Made by a program: the position numbers and the translations under genes | Part shown: one piece after another, positions 62,698 to 64,000 of the stretch | Layout: every line of letters starts with the position of its first letter | Position numbering within the stretch: position 1 is the first letter of the stretch | DNA from: an uncultured Solirubrobacterales bacterium | GTDB lineage: Bacteria; Actinomycetota; Thermoleophilia; Solirubrobacterales; Solirubrobacteraceae | Reading direction: 5' to 3' | NCBI GenBank assembly: GCA_963763525.1 | Contig: CAVXPA010000007.1 | Span: forward strand, 22,676 to 86,675 | DNA: 64,000 nucleotides | Notes under the pieces: generated by a model | What the model saw: only the letters and a program-made list of their open reading frames with translations | What the model was told of the DNA's origin: nothing | The model's database searches: none

Positions 62698-63288
62698 TCA
62701 GCTCGCGCGGGTTAGCGACCGGTCCGCCCCCGCTCGCGCAGGGAGCCGACCGAGCTCCTCGCGCAGACGCCTGGTCAGCGAAGCGTCGGGCAGCAGTTTC
62801 TCGAGCAGCTCCAGCGAGGCACGGTAGTGGCGCAGGTTGCGAGCGTGCGTTCTGCCGAGCTCGCCGTCGAGCCGCTCGAGCTCGCGCACCTTCGAGATCT
62901 TGTCGGCAGCGAACACGCTCAGCGCCTCCTCGCCGGCGCTCGCGACCTGCCGGCGCAGCGCGGCCTTGCGGGCCGCATAGTCGGCGATCGAACGATCCTC
63001 GGTGACCGCGAGCACGAGCGTCGCGACCCTGCTTCCGAACCGCCGGCGGATCTCGTCGGGACTCGCGTCGGTCTTTTCGATCACGTCGTGCAGCACGCCG
63101 GCTGCGATCACGTCATCGGGCCTCTCGGCCTCTTCCAGAAGCGCCCCGACCTCGAGCGGATGCACGATGAGCGGAGCCCCGTCGGTGCTGCGCCGCTGGC
63201 CCGCGTGCCGGCGCTTGGCATAGACGACAGCCTCCCGAGTCTTCGGGAGCCGCGACGGCACATCCGTGAGCCCGTGTCCAGCTTCCAC
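62698..63288 (-). CDS. HD-domain protein (RelA/SpoT hydrolase-like, Mesh1/SAH type)
   Basis: HAGQRR, PLIVHPLEV, AGVLHDVIE, AVTED, ADKISKVR. Confidence 0.85.
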   Translation of the reverse strand: MEAGHGLTDVPSRLPKTREAVVYAKRRHAGQRRSTDGAPLIVHPLEVGALLEEAERPDDVIAAGVLHDVIEKTDASPDEIRRRFGSRVATLVLAVTEDRSIADYAARKAALRRQVASAGEEALSVFAADKISKVRELERLDGELGRTHARNLRHYRASLELLEKLLPDASLTRRLREELGRLPARAGADRSLTRAS

Positions 63289-63329
63289 GCCGGCGTCAGT
63301 GTACGCCTACCTCGCAAAATCCGGGGAAT

Positions 63330-64000
63330 CTACCTTCGGCTCGAGGCGGCGATCCTGGCGAGCGCGATCCGGTGATGCCCGGCGCCGCCGAGCAGCGCGG
63401 CGTCCAGCTGCGCGCGCTTGTACAGCCAGTGCACGTCGGCCTCCCAGGTGAAGCCGATCCCGCCGTGCGCCTGAATCGCGCTCGCGGTCACCTCTCGCCC
63501 GCCGTCGGCGGCCGCGGCGGCGGCGAGCGCCGCCGCCTCGGGCAGGCGCTCGCGATCGGCGTCGGCTGCCCAGGCCGCGTAGTAGGCGGCGGAACGGACG
63601 CCCTCGGTCTCGAGCAGCATTCGCGCGCAGCGGTGCGCCACCGCCTGGAAGGACCCGACCGGGACGCCGAACTGGTGGCGGTTCTTGACGAAGTCGAGCG
63701 TCAGCTCGAGCGCCCGCTGACAGACGCCGACGAGCTCGGCCGCGAGCGCGCCGTACGCCCGCTCCGCGGCTCCGTCCTCCAGCGGCTCGAGCTCGCCGTC
63801 GACGCGCGCGAACCGCCGCGTCGGGTCGATCGACTCGAACGGCTCGGCCTCGGGCGTGGCGATGAGCCGTGCGCCGCTCCCGTCTCGCGCGCCAGGCAAC
63901 ACGAGCACGAGCGCGGCCCCGACACCGTCGGCCGCGAGCTCGCGCGTGCCCAGGCCCGCCGTCAGCTCGCCGGCGGCGAGGCCCGGGAGCCAGCGCGAGC
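63330..64000 (-). CDS. Acyl-CoA dehydrogenase family protein, 3' part
   Basis: IDPTRR, RHQFGVPVGSFQAVAH, IQAHGGIGFTWE. Confidence 0.9.
   Translation of the reverse strand, partial: SRWLPGLAAGELTAGLGTRELAADGVGAALVLVLPGARDGSGARLIATPEAEPFESIDPTRRFARVDGELEPLEDGAAERAYGALAAELVGVCQRALELTLDFVKNRHQFGVPVGSFQAVAHRCARMLLETEGVRSAAYYAAWAADADRERLPEAAALAAAAAADGGREVTASAIQAHGGIGFTWEADVHWLYKRAQLDAALLGGAGHHRIALARIAASSRR

Overview
A GC-rich actinobacterial window. Gene content and style suggest Solirubrobacterales/Thermoleophilia (inference). It holds about 50 metabolic, transport and secreted-protein genes, with no rRNA, tRNA, CRISPR array or transposase recognised. At least 14 otherwise intact genes carry single-base frameshifts, most likely long-read consensus errors. 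The main highlight is a fluoride (crcB-class) riboswitch at 32000-32066 (-). It sits upstream of a tightly coupled hydrogenase-4/complex-I-like (Ehr-type) membrane operon plus a universal stress protein, and the operon has no crcB/eriC exporter. The large subunit has no cysteine at all, and all four [4Fe-4S] ligand positions of the small subunit are replaced (Asp, Glu, Asp, Ser), suggesting a fluoride-induced ion-translocating complex repurposed away from H2 chemistry. Other points of interest: an MFS-arylsulfotransferase fusion coupled to a TauD dioxygenase; a family 1 encapsulin preceded by a 12-codon mini-ORF instead of a cargo gene; a P450 lacking the I-helix acid-alcohol pair, divergent from a GMC oxidoreductase; an iron-uptake operon with tandem DtxR-type boxes; a ferritin-like/VIT1 fusion; and a dispersed 115-bp palindromic element plus many short intergenic tandem duplications.
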